From Phoronis australis (Eukaryota; Animalia; Phoronida), in NCBI GenBank assembly GCA_002633005.1, contig NMRA01000095.1:115901-179900 (forward strand): a stretch of 64,000 bases of DNA. Direction: 5' to 3'. Shown one piece after another: positions 1 through 10,404 of this stretch. The position numbers and the translations under genes are program-made. The notes beneath the pieces are model-generated. The model did no database searches. It was not told the origin of the DNA and saw only the letters and a list, made by a program, of their open reading frames with translations. Numbering within the stretch: the first letter of the stretch is position 1; every line of letters begins with the position of its first letter.

Positions 1-259
1 ATTTATTTGCCTTTGATGACTGATGTATAGTCGAAGTACCGCTACTGTTTTATTATGATATGTTTTGTACAGAGTTTTATTATATATTTACTCATATATA
101 TGTGTTTGTGATGCCACTTACACTGGGCGATCTATTATATCAACTACCATCTGATGAAAGACACTTGTGTAGACACTACGAAAGTTTGTTGTACAAACTA
201 ATTAAAGCAAAGAACAGCTTACTTTTCAACGCAACATGTATAAAAGAAGGTCTGCTACC

Positions 260-266
<7 letters not shown>
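1..266 (+). mobile_element. Penelope-like element (PLE) terminal/pLTR remnant running into a (TA)n microsatellite
   Basis: ATG at 111 gives MPLTLGDLLYQLPSDERHLCRHYESLLYKLIKAKNSLLFNATCIKEGLLPKY. This resembles the PLE N-terminal 'K-l-x-k-x-k-x-x-l-x-F-n-x-x-C-x-x-e-g-l-l-P-K' motif and ends exactly where (TA)n begins. A degenerate hammerhead-like core (TTGATGA...GTCGAA) lies at 13-35. Confidence 0.6.
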
Positions 267-320
<54 letters not shown>

Positions 321-326
321 GTATGT
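263..326. repeat. (TA)n microsatellite followed by (TGTA)n
   Basis: Read directly from the sequence. Confidence 0.95.
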
Positions 327-3300
327 AAACGATCGTAATAAAAACAAAACTATATCAAAGCACAGCGGTCAATTCAGGCACAAAAGATAATTAAATGAAA
401 CAGGTATGCGAACTGCAAATTTAAGGTGAAGGGGAAACAATCAAACTAAAGAGAGAAAAAACGTCAAATAAACTTACGGGGCTCTAAAAAAACTACAATA
501 CGATGTAATACAGTACACATTCAAAATTACCAAGTAAAGTTAAAAACGTATACTTACATCACGAAAACCTTGTTTCATGAGTTAACGACCAACACAACCT
601 GCACAGTGTACAGATCACGGATAACGAAAATATAAAGGCCAATGACACGCGACCAACGAACCAATCGGGGGTACAACATAGGGGATAATTACAAATGCAC
701 ACATCTATCCAAACAATAATAGGCCCTGTACACATCCAACGTTAATGACTGCGTCTGTAGTGACAATGTGTGTAACACGCTGTTTTTAAAATAAATCACT
801 AATTACATGTACGTTCACCGTGTAGCTTGACAAGCAACATGGCTTTTTCTGAGGATTAGACGTTCCTGCTCGCCTTTCATATTTATTTTCATGCATTAGA
901 AGACAATGGTTCCAGGTGATCAGCGCTATGGGCCCACTTGAGCCGACCGCATACATCTTGTACAACGTGTACCAGAAGCCGGCGATAATATTTTTATTAG
1001 AAGACGATTGTATGCACGTTGTTTTGGACGGAACTAACCGATTTAGTACATCTAAGAGTAAGCAATCGTAACCCCTACACTTCGTGCTCTCTTTTAAATC
1101 TCTTTCAGAGGAGTCGTTACGCCATGCGGCGGCCCCCAGGACGTACATGAAGATCAAAATCCAGTTTACTCGAAATATCGCAGTGTGCGTCCTCTTTCTG
1201 CACAATCCAAGTCTTCAAGCGTTGGACCAGAGCCATGGACATCCAATAGCAGACCAGTTTCCGCTTCCGCACTCTTTGCGGGTATGGAAGTATAACCTTC
1301 ACCCTTTTGCCTCATGTTTTGGTACCTTTACGAAAATAGCTTACTTTAATCGAGCATCTGGAAGTTTACGTGTTTCACATTTACTTATTTTCGTAGGTGT
1401 CATTTAAGGCGTGTGTAGTTGCGGCGCGTTTCAAAGCCAGCCATAGTAAACACAAGGGGACGCAGCTAGTAGCATGCTGCTTCTAGGTCCGGGAATCTGC
1501 AGATCTTAAGACACGTCTTATTGAATCAAGGACTATGTACGTTTGGGAGCCAGACGAGGAAAAGTGCTACAGTTTTCGATTTGGCTCAAACCTCAGAGTG
1601 GCAACTATTAGGGGTTACCAGGACGCAACAATCAACTTCGAGCGCCACAAAACGGCTGGTGCTACACAGCAATGGGGCCGTTTTCGTGTCACTGGAGTTT
1701 CACGTTAATTGTTGTCTTATTCTTCACAAGTTTTTCTTCGGTTGCATTACTCTCTTCGTCCTTCCCATCCCAATTAATTATTACTGCTATTCTGTGGGCT
1801 GCAACTGCAACGTGAAGAAGTTTGATAAACTGGACAAATACCCGTGGATGCGTGATCTCAAATTATCCTTGGACTTCCCCACTTCTATGATTGACACGAA
1901 ATTGTGCCTGATTTCCAAAACTAGTTCCCGCGCTTTCGTATCTCCGGGAAAAAGGAGAACTCTATAGGCATGTAATCCGGGACGGTCCTAACACGTCATA
2001 TCTTCCGCTAGACGTGATTTCCATAGAAAATACTATAATACAAACTTTTTTTTTCAATGAAAACTTCCATAACTTTGGAATGGAATGAGGTAGAGACACT
2101 ATTCCCCAACATTAAAAGCATTATCTGCACTGACAACTGATAAGAAATGGAATTTTAAATTTGTTCAGAAATTGATTGAAACTTCATCAATGCCACGAGG
2201 TGTGCAATTTAGAAGACCGAAATTGCAAACGCGATTTGAGTACCTTAAAATTTCCAGTGATTATGCAATGAATGTATTTTACGCATGATGAAAAATTTTT
2301 AAAACGAGACTTGCGAAATTTGAAATTGAAATCAATTATTTACGTTATACATTTTACGTCATTTTAGAGTTTCAACACCGTGATTTCGATAGAAACAAAA
2401 ATGATATTTGGTCGTTTCCTTATTATTAGTATTTGTTAAAGTTATTAATTAAGTCACCGTTCTTAACATTACGTTTAACTCCAGTTCACTCCGCATTCTA
2501 GACCATACCGGTTTACAGAGGCCCAATATCATTTTTTTGTTTGTCACCAGACTCGGTCTTTTGTGGGATGTCTCGACTCAAACGCCAATTATCTCCAACG
2601 CTGAATGAATAGATGTACCTTAATGTTAACTCGACTCAAAACCGATGTCAAGAAATAAATGGCATGGCAGTGTCTTGGCCCACTTTTGTAATATATCTTC
2701 CGCGAAAGATTTCGTATACACTACCTTTTCACGGGGAATTCAATTTTAGAAGCCAAATGAGTTACATAATTACCTATTTCTGTTCTTATTTTTTCAAGTA
2801 ACTTCAGCGAATATCTTATTGCGTAAAGACATCGCCAATGGGAAAATTGCTTAGTACAACACAATAGGAGCTCAGGTCAAAAATGGAGACGTCAGGGGTC
2901 GACTGACACCGGTTGTCTCGGCAGTTGATATAGAGAAGCATTATTCAACTACAACATAGCTTTGAACGGCCCGTATTCCTAATGAGTGTTAGAGAGTAAC
3001 ATGGAAATCGCCATCAGGGTATGCTTGGTGTTGATTCTGTTTCGTGAAAACAAGACGGATGAAACGCCCTCCACATGCACATGTGCGACACTACAACAGA
3101 AGTAAGGCAAAATTCTGTTAGCGTTAGTGATATCAACTCGTTGCCTCCGCGCACTGTTTGCGCCACTGTATTCTATGGCATTTGCCTCTGCGTCAAGAGC
3201 TCCTGGTACCCCAATAATTTCCACCCTGAGGGGAAAGCCAAAGTTACAAACGTAGTCTGGCTACATGACAATAAAATATGTTAGAGCTTGGCACTGTTTC

Positions 3301-3999
3301 TATATGTGTCTAAGTGTGACAATAAAAATGTATTTACATTTGCATGGGGTCTACATGTAGGTCAACAGTCTGAAATTTTTTCGGAGTATAACAAAAGCAG
3401 TTCATCTTTCTATTATTTAATTATTGTTTTATCATTGATATGTTTGTCGATGCGAAAGCCGGTAGTCCGAAGAGTTTTAGAAGTAGTCCGATTTATCATA
3501 ATTTTTAAATTTTGAGAATTGATCCTTGTCCGATGGGTCACTGTTCCGATGGGTCGATTGCACGATTTGAACAAGGTACTACAGATTAAAAGAAATATGG
3601 CATTTCATTCTTTAAATGTATTTATGTGAACATATGGACCCGCCTTACTCCTTTTCCTCCTCATTTCCGTCTATTCCATTATTCCTTTGTGTTGGACTAT
3701 ACGTCGTTTTCCCAGCTTTCGTATTGGTCTGTTGTTATCACGTGCCTCGATTTTGGTCAGCTCCTGGCTATTATAGGCTGATGATTGTCACGTGTCCTTA
3801 GGGGTGTTTTCTTTTTTATTGTAACCTCGCTTTCAGTTCATCTTTTTTCCGGCCACGTTGTTGTACGTTCAAAAACTTAATATTCAATTTTCCCACCCTC
3901 TACCTCCCAATTTTCGTCATTCTCTCGTACATGTACTTCCACGTGGCCGACTCTTTTCATTGCCCAATCTTTTTTAATGTTTATTACGAAATCTTCAGA

Positions 4000-5420
4000 C
4001 TGCAATGAATATACATAACCCAGAAAGCGCCAGGAGGCATTAGATCTGGGTAAAAATACAGAGAAGTCTATATGCAATTATTATATACGAATACATAAAT
4101 AAAAAAATGATATTAAGAATAAAATAATATATGACTACGAATGTATATAATTCATTTTCATACAGATGTATAAAATTCTATCCACTCACACATAGAGATT
4201 TAATGTTAAAAAGAAATTCTGATACTATTTCAAATAAAACCTTATTTTCATTTGAGTTAAGTTCTTGACATCCATATAGAAAGAAATTAATTTTATTGTA
4301 CAATTGCGGAATTTCAGAATATTTTTTGTAAACATTGGGGTATCGTTCGAGTGTCTGGAAATGCTGTATCCTCTCCTCCTTGCATACGTCACAAGCAAAG
4401 AAAAAATGAGGATAAGTCTGGGTGTCTCCACAGGAACACAGAGGCGAAATATTATTAAAATTATGTCTAAATTTCCCGTTGTTTAGGAATAGACTGCATC
4501 TTGATCTGTATAGGGTTATTTCATGGTTGCGAGGAAGTTTTAATGATGTCATTGGGACTGGCAAGTTTAAAGTAGTGGTATGCATTTTAAAGTTACTTTT
4601 GAGAGTGACGATTGAAGTGTTTTCTTTTATTTTGGATGGTAAGGAATTCCAGTTGTCAATACAAGTTAATATCGTTGATCTCCTGAAGGCTTGGCTGGTA
4701 GAAGCTGGAATAGTACATGTATGCATATTACTTTGCCGCAGTCCTGGTCTCGTGCTTGGTCTTTTGTAGGAGTCAAAGAGGATTTTGTTAGAGTAATTGT
4801 TTATGTTGGTTAAGACTTTGAATGTATACATGGACAGGTGGAGTTTACGATGGGTTGCAAGTTTGCTCCAGTGGAGACTATTTAGAACCTTGTTTGTGTT
4901 GGACCCTTTGTATGCCCCGGTTATGGCTAAAGCTGCTTGGTATTGTAATCTTTCTAATTGAAGAAGTATGCCAGTGTTTGCCGATTGGTAGATTATGTCA
5001 CAGTAATCTAGATGTGGAAGTACAAAAGACTTGAACAGAGTTTCAAGATGTATGGAGTTGAGATGACGAGAGATAATTCTAATTGGATTAATTAATTTTT
5101 GTACTTTTTGAACGAGTTCGCGAGTGAGGAGTAAATGTAAGCTTATGGTCTAGTAGCAAGCCAAGATGTTTGTGCGTGAACTTAATGGGGATAACTTCCC
5201 CATTAAGAGATAATTCCAGTGTTGGATTTGTTTGAAAATGAGTATTATTAGACTTAGAAAAAATAAGATCAACACTTTTTTCAGGTTTAAATTTCATATT
5301 CCATTTGTGAGATCAGTCATAGAGTTTGTTAAGGTCAGTTTGCAATTGTAAGGAGTCATGGGGATGGTCTTTTGAGAATGAGTGGAAAATTGCATTGTGA
5401 TCAGCATATACATGTAAGTA
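4000..5420 (-). mobile_element. 5'-truncated, decayed CR1/L2-group non-LTR retrotransposon (RT C-terminus + CCHC finger + 3' UTR)
   Basis: The minus strand reads YADH (broken YADD)...LQTDLNKLYD*SHKWNMKFKPEKS...HKHLGLLLDHKLTFTPH, then WNSLP and a C-terminal CSCG...HFFFAC zinc finger (ORF 4178-4831). It carries an in-frame stop and frameshifts. Confidence 0.85.
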
Positions 5421-6320
5421 TGTTTTAGAGTTTATTGCCCATCTTACCAGAGATTACCAATTATACGTTATTTACCTGTATTCATTATATTTTAATTGTA
5501 CTAGTCACAATAAATGACCTTATATCGTCTACATCCGTCCCCTTTTAATCTCTAGTAACGAGCTTGCGACGCACGTACGTATCATTTATCTATTATTCGG
5601 GACGTATGTCGATCATAAAAGTGCTTAGCAATGTTTATTCACTAGGTTATGTATGGCACAGAATAAACGTATTCCACTTCAACTCCAAGTTCGTTTTTAT
5701 GATGGGCGTGGAGTATTTTATTTTATCGTAGTTTTCCTTGCCGACAATTATTTACGCAAATGAGCGACTCTGTTTGTGTGCAAATAAAAAAATTTAAACA
5801 CTTTATTTATGGTATTAAAATACCACATACCGGTAATAATTATTCATTTTACCGCCTTAATAAATTCTTTTATTCGAATTTCAACTCCGCTGCCGAAGCT
5901 CGAAGCGTCGCCACTTTTTGGACTATCAGAACGTCGTTCTGTTGCTTGTAGGAAGTTCGAGCCCATGACTTTTTAATCGGGCTGTCGAGCCGACCCCGTC
6001 TGGGTTACATTTTTTTGACTAACAGTTTTCAAACTTGATGTCGCGTCAAAACACAATAAGGTAGGAAATGCTCCCACTTAAGTTGATGCGAAATTTCACA
6101 AACATTCGTTAACATTGCAGAAGGTACAAACATTTTAACATTGTATTGGAGCGTAGAATGTAGATCCCAATACATGTACATTGAAAAGCTATACATTACA
6201 GCAATCACAGGACACAATACAAATTTTACGACAATTTTATTCACCACCCATAACAAGGGGAAGTGTTTTTCTACATGTTCTTATCCGTTCGAAGAAAACG
6301 AAGCAGCAGTTACGGCATGG

Positions 6321-6807
6321 TCACGTACGTTCAATCTCTGTCTCTTGGTTTTCAAGTCATTTTCAATTTTAAAGGTTGGCCTCGACTAGGTCTTGTAAGA
6401 AGGTCAGATTAGGACACACGGTGGAAATCAACTTGGTGAGAGGTTGAACACATGCTTTCATGAAAACCAACACTAAATCTGGAACTTTTTTCTTTTTATA
6501 TTTGGATAGGACGAGAATGGTGATGACATGAGTTTCAAGCTACTGTTTCGCTCGCTCATGCGCCCAATCTCCCTGGTAACGAGAACTTTGTCTTTCATGT
6601 GGTGCTTCCAAGGTTTAAACGCTGTGCACAAGTCACAGGTCACAATGAAGAGGCCTTTGAAAATCTGTTTATGCCTAGGAATGATGTTTTCAATAGGGCT
6701 TGGGCAAATCGCAGGTTCTCGTACAGGGCTTCTTGATCAAGAGCTTCCAAGTCAAGAAGAATCTCTTTGTATTCATCCGGGTGAAGTGTGCTGAAAATGT
6801 CATTGCT
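6321..6807 (-). pseudogene. Orphan, frameshifted copy of the last exon of the PDE10-like gene at 31808-32323
   Basis: Colinear with 31808-32323, including the tttcag acceptor, the TGA stop, the downstream poly(A) signal and part of the intron. It has a 12-nt in-frame deletion plus 16-nt and 1-nt frameshifting deletions. No matching exon 1 was found nearby. Confidence 0.85.
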
Positions 6808-6948
6808 CTGAAATGTTAATCTAAGTATCAATTTATTACCGGCTCCGTGTAAAATGCGACACATTCTTATTCGGTTACCGATTAACAATTTGAGTTGAAT
6901 TGTTCCAAGTCGTTTTCAAAATAATACGACTAAATTCCTCAGAACTTC

Positions 6949-7181
6949 TAGAGAATACTTTGTTCGGCGAACGATAGGTGTCCCTATAGGACGTACTTCC
7001 GCTACTCGCTCCAACCCACGATTGTGCTGTCGGACTTTTTTATTGGTAAATAAGACTATTGTAAGCCGTATTTCATCTATAGAACTTTATCATATCGTTA
7101 GACTAAGACCTGCTTTTGTTTATTTACAGATCCTCTTCATTCTAATAAAGACGATCTTTGAAATAACTATATGTTTATTTA
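6949..7181 (+). repeat. 5' LTR (TA...TA termini)
   Basis: Direct repeat of 10172-10404; AATAAA at 7144-7149. Confidence 0.95.
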
Positions 7182-7195
7182 TGAAGAGGATCTGT
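7182..7195 (+). promoter_or_regulatory. Non-tRNA primer-binding site complementary to the element's own LTR
   Basis: TGAAGAGGATCTGT is the exact reverse complement of ACAGATCCTCTTCA at 7126-7139 (15 bp if A7181:T7140 is counted). It does not start with TGG. Confidence 0.75.
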
Positions 7196-7253
7196 CTTGA
7201 GCCCAGCTACGCACACCACAGCCCGTAGCCGTTGACCCGCACTGCACGCCAAC

Positions 7254-10106
7254 ATGCCCGTCGTCGCCTGTCCCATACCGGGCTGTGACTACGTCACCGA
7301 GGACCTCGACAACGCTATCGTAGCGGCTTTGATAACGGCACATAGCGCCGCCCACACCAATACTTTTAGCAAACCCACCACGGAGAAAATCAAACGACCA
7401 CACGTCACAGCGGCAGGCACCAGTGAAGACTGGGAGTATTTTCTCAACAGGTGGCGCGACTACGTTGCTGCCACCAAGATCAGCGGCCAAGATCTGATTA
7501 TCCAGCTGCTTGAATGCTGTGAAGAACCGCTACGGAAAGATCTCACTCGCAACTCCAGCGGCCCCCTCACTTCCAAGACCGAGACAGAGGTCCTCCAGTG
7601 CATCCGAACCCTCGCCGTCCATGAGGAGAACATGATGGTGGCCCGAGCAGGATTGCATTCCATGCGACAGGACAGGGACGAACCCGTCCGTGCATTTGGC
7701 GCCCGTCTGAAAGGCCAGGCAGGTATTTGTAAATTCGTCACGCCGTGTCACAACTGCGGTGCCACCGTGAACTACACTGACCACATAATACGAGACTGCG
7801 TGGCTCGGGGCCTTAATGACTCAGAAATTCAACTCGACCTCCTTGGTGACCACAACCAGGACATGTCCCTAGAGGAAACTCTGAAATTCAATGAGGCCAA
7901 AGAGGCAGGGAAACGTTCCGCCACACGCCTGCTGGAATCTCAAGGTGCCGCGGCAGCCAGCTCCTACAGGCGCCAGCAGCGACAACCGGCACAACCCTGC
8001 ATGTACTGCGGTGAAAAGGGACATGGCCGCTCTGCACCGACCCAACTGCGCAGGAAGTCGTGCCCCGCCTATGGGAAGACGTGCACACTCTGTGGCAAGA
8101 TGAATCACTTCAAGGACGTGTGCAAGAGTAAACCTGCCCCCGAGATCAACAACGCTGTGTTTGACTCGTTGTGTGGTGTGACTTCCAACCCCCCACTTAC
8201 CCGTCACCCGATCAAGCTTAGCCACCACACATTCGACACGCTCACCGATACATGGTCCCGCTCTAGCTCTATGCCCCAGCCTTTCATTACCATCACGGCA
8301 TCCATTGCCCTGTCTGATTACGACTACTTCGGGTTCTCCGAGTGCAAGCCCTCAACCACGTCTGGCCACACTGCCACCATCAGCTGCATGGCCGACACAG
8401 GTTGTCAAAGTTGCATAGCCGGCATTCAGACCCTTCGCCCCCTTGGGCTGACGAGACGAAACCTTATGCCAGTGGAAATGAGAATGCACACAGCTACCAA
8501 CCAGGGCATCAACATACTTGGTGCCACGAGCCTTATCCTCACTGGTCACACACCCGACGGCACTGCCATACGCACGAAGCAGCTTGTCTACGTCACTGAC
8601 GATGCCACGAAAATGTTCCTCAGCCGAGAAACATGTGTCGATCTGCAGCTTATATCCCAGGACTTCCCAACCATTGGCGACATTGCCCTGGACACCGTCT
8701 CCGACGTTGTGCACGAGATCGCACCTTGTGGTTGTCCCCTCCGTCAGCAACCACCCCCTCTTCCAACTGATTTGCCATGTCCCCCGACTGAGGACAACCG
8801 ACCACAACTTGAACAATACTTGCGTGATCTCTACAAAGCCAGCACCTTCAACGTATGCCCCCACCAACGCCTCCCTTGCATGAGTGGCCCCCCGATGCGC
8901 CTCATGATCGACGAAACCGCCACTCCTGTCGCGCACCATACTCCGGTGCCTGTACCCCTCCACTGGCACACCGAGGTGAAGGCTGGCCTTGATAACGACG
9001 TCCTCCTCAACGTCATTGAGCCTGTACCCGTGGGCGAGCCCGTGACCTGGTGCCACCGCATGGTAGTCTGTGCCAAGAAGAATGGTAAACCACGCCGCAC
9101 GGTCGACTTACAGCCGCTCAACAAATACGCCCTCCGCGAAACCCACCACACACGCTCCCCGTTTCATCAAGCCCGATCTATACCACCCGGAACCAAGAAG
9201 ACCGTGTTCGATGCCTGGAACGGCTACCATAGCGTTCCCCTCTGTGAAGCCGATCGACACCTCACCACCTTCANNNNNNNNNNNNNNNNNNNNNNNNNNN
9301 NNNNNNNNNNNNNNNNNNNNNNNNNNNNNNNNNNNNNNNNNNNNNNNNNNNNNNNNNNNNNNNNNNNNNNNNNNNNNNNNNNNNNNNNNNNNNNNNNNNN
9401 NNNNNNNNNNNNNNNNNNNNNNNNNNNNNNNNNNNNNNNNNNNNNNNNNNNNNNNNNNNNNNNNNNNNNNNNNNNNNNNNNNNNNNNNNNNNNNNNNNNN
9501 NNNNNNNNNNNNNNNNNNNNNNNNNNNNNNNNNNNNNNNNNNNNNNNNNNNNNNNNNNNNNNNNNNNNNNNNNNNNNNNNNNNNNNNNNNNNNNNNNNNN
9601 NNNNNNNNNNNNNNNNNNNNNNNNNNNNNNNNNNNNNNNNNNNNNNNNNNNNNNNNNNNNNNNNNNNNNNNNNNNNNNNNNNNNNNNNNNNNNNNNNNNN
9701 NNNNNNNNNNNNNNNNNNNNNNNNNNNNNNNNNNNNNNNNNNNNNNNNNNNNNNNNNNNNNNNNNNNNNNNNNNNNNNNNNNNNNNNNNNNNNNNNNNNN
9801 NNNNNNNNNNNNNNNNNNNNNNNNNNNNNNNNNNNNNNNNNNNNNNNNNNNNNNNNNNNNNNNNNNNNNNNNNNNNNNNNNNNNNNNNNNNNNNNNNNNN
9901 NNNNNNNNNNNNNNNNNNNNNNNNNNNNNNNNNNNNNNNNNNNNNNNNNNNNNNNNNNNNNNNNNNNNNNNNNNNNNNNNCTCGTGCCTCCGCGTGATGA
10001 TGCTTGTAATCGCCCTGCTGACCCGCCACCACCGACCCCCGCCCCCAGGCGTTCGATCAGGACTCGCCAACGGCCGTCTTGGTTAACTGACTTTGTCACG
10101 GACTAG
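7254..10106 (+). CDS. Gag-pol polyprotein (N-terminal CxxxxC...HxxxH finger, gag zinc knuckles, aspartic protease, RT start; remainder in the gap)
   Basis: Motifs CPIPGC...HSAAH, CMYCGEKGH...CTLCGKMNHFKDVC, protease ADTG, and RT RRTVDLQPLN...FDAWNGYH. Ns at 9274-9980 hide the rest of RT, RNase H and integrase, so frame continuity across the gap is unverified. Confidence 0.9.
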   Translation: MPVVACPIPGCDYVTEDLDNAIVAALITAHSAAHTNTFSKPTTEKIKRPHVTAAGTSEDWEYFLNRWRDYVAATKISGQDLIIQLLECCEEPLRKDLTRNSSGPLTSKTETEVLQCIRTLAVHEENMMVARAGLHSMRQDRDEPVRAFGARLKGQAGICKFVTPCHNCGATVNYTDHIIRDCVARGLNDSEIQLDLLGDHNQDMSLEETLKFNEAKEAGKRSATRLLESQGAAAASSYRRQQRQPAQPCMYCGEKGHGRSAPTQLRRKSCPAYGKTCTLCGKMNHFKDVCKSKPAPEINNAVFDSLCGVTSNPPLTRHPIKLSHHTFDTLTDTWSRSSSMPQPFITITASIALSDYDYFGFSECKPSTTSGHTATISCMADTGCQSCIAGIQTLRPLGLTRRNLMPVEMRMHTATNQGINILGATSLILTGHTPDGTAIRTKQLVYVTDDATKMFLSRETCVDLQLISQDFPTIGDIALDTVSDVVHEIAPCGCPLRQQPPPLPTDLPCPPTEDNRPQLEQYLRDLYKASTFNVCPHQRLPCMSGPPMRLMIDETATPVAHHTPVPVPLHWHTEVKAGLDNDVLLNVIEPVPVGEPVTWCHRMVVCAKKNGKPRRTVDLQPLNKYALRETHHTRSPFHQARSIPPGTKKTVFDAWNGYHSVPLCEADRHLTTFXXXXXXXXXXXXXXXXXXXXXXXXXXXXXXXXXXXXXXXXXXXXXXXXXXXXXXXXXXXXXXXXXXXXXXXXXXXXXXXXXXXXXXXXXXXXXXXXXXXXXXXXXXXXXXXXXXXXXXXXXXXXXXXXXXXXXXXXXXXXXXXXXXXXXXXXXXXXXXXXXXXXXXXXXXXXXXXXXXXXXXXXXXXXXXXXXXXXXXXXXXXXXXXXXXXXXXXXXXXXXXXXXXXXXXXXXXXXLVPPRDDACNRPADPPPPTPAPRRSIRTRQRPSWLTDFVTD
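9274..9980. other. Assembly gap (N run) inside pol
   Basis: Read directly from the sequence. Confidence 0.99.
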
Positions 10107-10171
10107 GACACCGTTACCTTCCGACATTTATTTAGTCATTTGTGTACCCCCCACAAATAACTGGGGGGAGG

Positions 10172-10404
10172 TAGAGAATACTTTGTTCGGCGAACGATAG
10201 GTGTCCCTATAGGACGTACTTCCGCTACTCGCTCCAACCCACGATTGTGCTGTCGGACTCTTTTATTGGTAAATAAGACTATTGTAAGCCGTATTTCATC
10301 TATAGAACTTTATCATATCGTTAGACTAAGACCTGCTTTTGTTTATTTACAGATCCTCTTCATTCTAATAAAGACGATCTTTGAAATAACTATATGTTTA
10401 TTTA
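10172..10404 (+). repeat. 3' LTR
   Basis: Follows the PPT; 232/233 identical to the 5' LTR. Confidence 0.95.

Larger units (their letters stand above)
6949..10404 (+). mobile_element. Young Ty3/Gypsy (Mag-like) LTR retrotransposon
   Basis: Two 233-bp LTRs (6949-7181, 10172-10404) differ at one base. The TSD is ACTTC (6944-6948 / 10405-10409), the PPT is GGGGGGAGG at 10163-10171, and there is a single gag-pol ORF. Confidence 0.95.

Noticed and set aside
786-3801. Assorted 60-148 aa ORFs
   Set aside because: No motifs and no coherent exon chain; consistent with chance ORFs in repeat-derived DNA.
7179-9151. Antisense and overlapping ORFs inside the retrotransposon (e.g. 8352-9056, 234 aa)
   Set aside because: Expected shadows of a GC-rich coding strand; no motifs.
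9274-9980. Internally deleted, integrase-less LTR element
   Set aside because: About 700 Ns is too short for the rest of RT, RNase H and integrase, but gap lengths in draft assemblies are estimates, so no conclusion is possible.
9070-10099. Long ORFs of 250-340 aa in several frames
   Set aside because: Artefacts of translating through the N gap.
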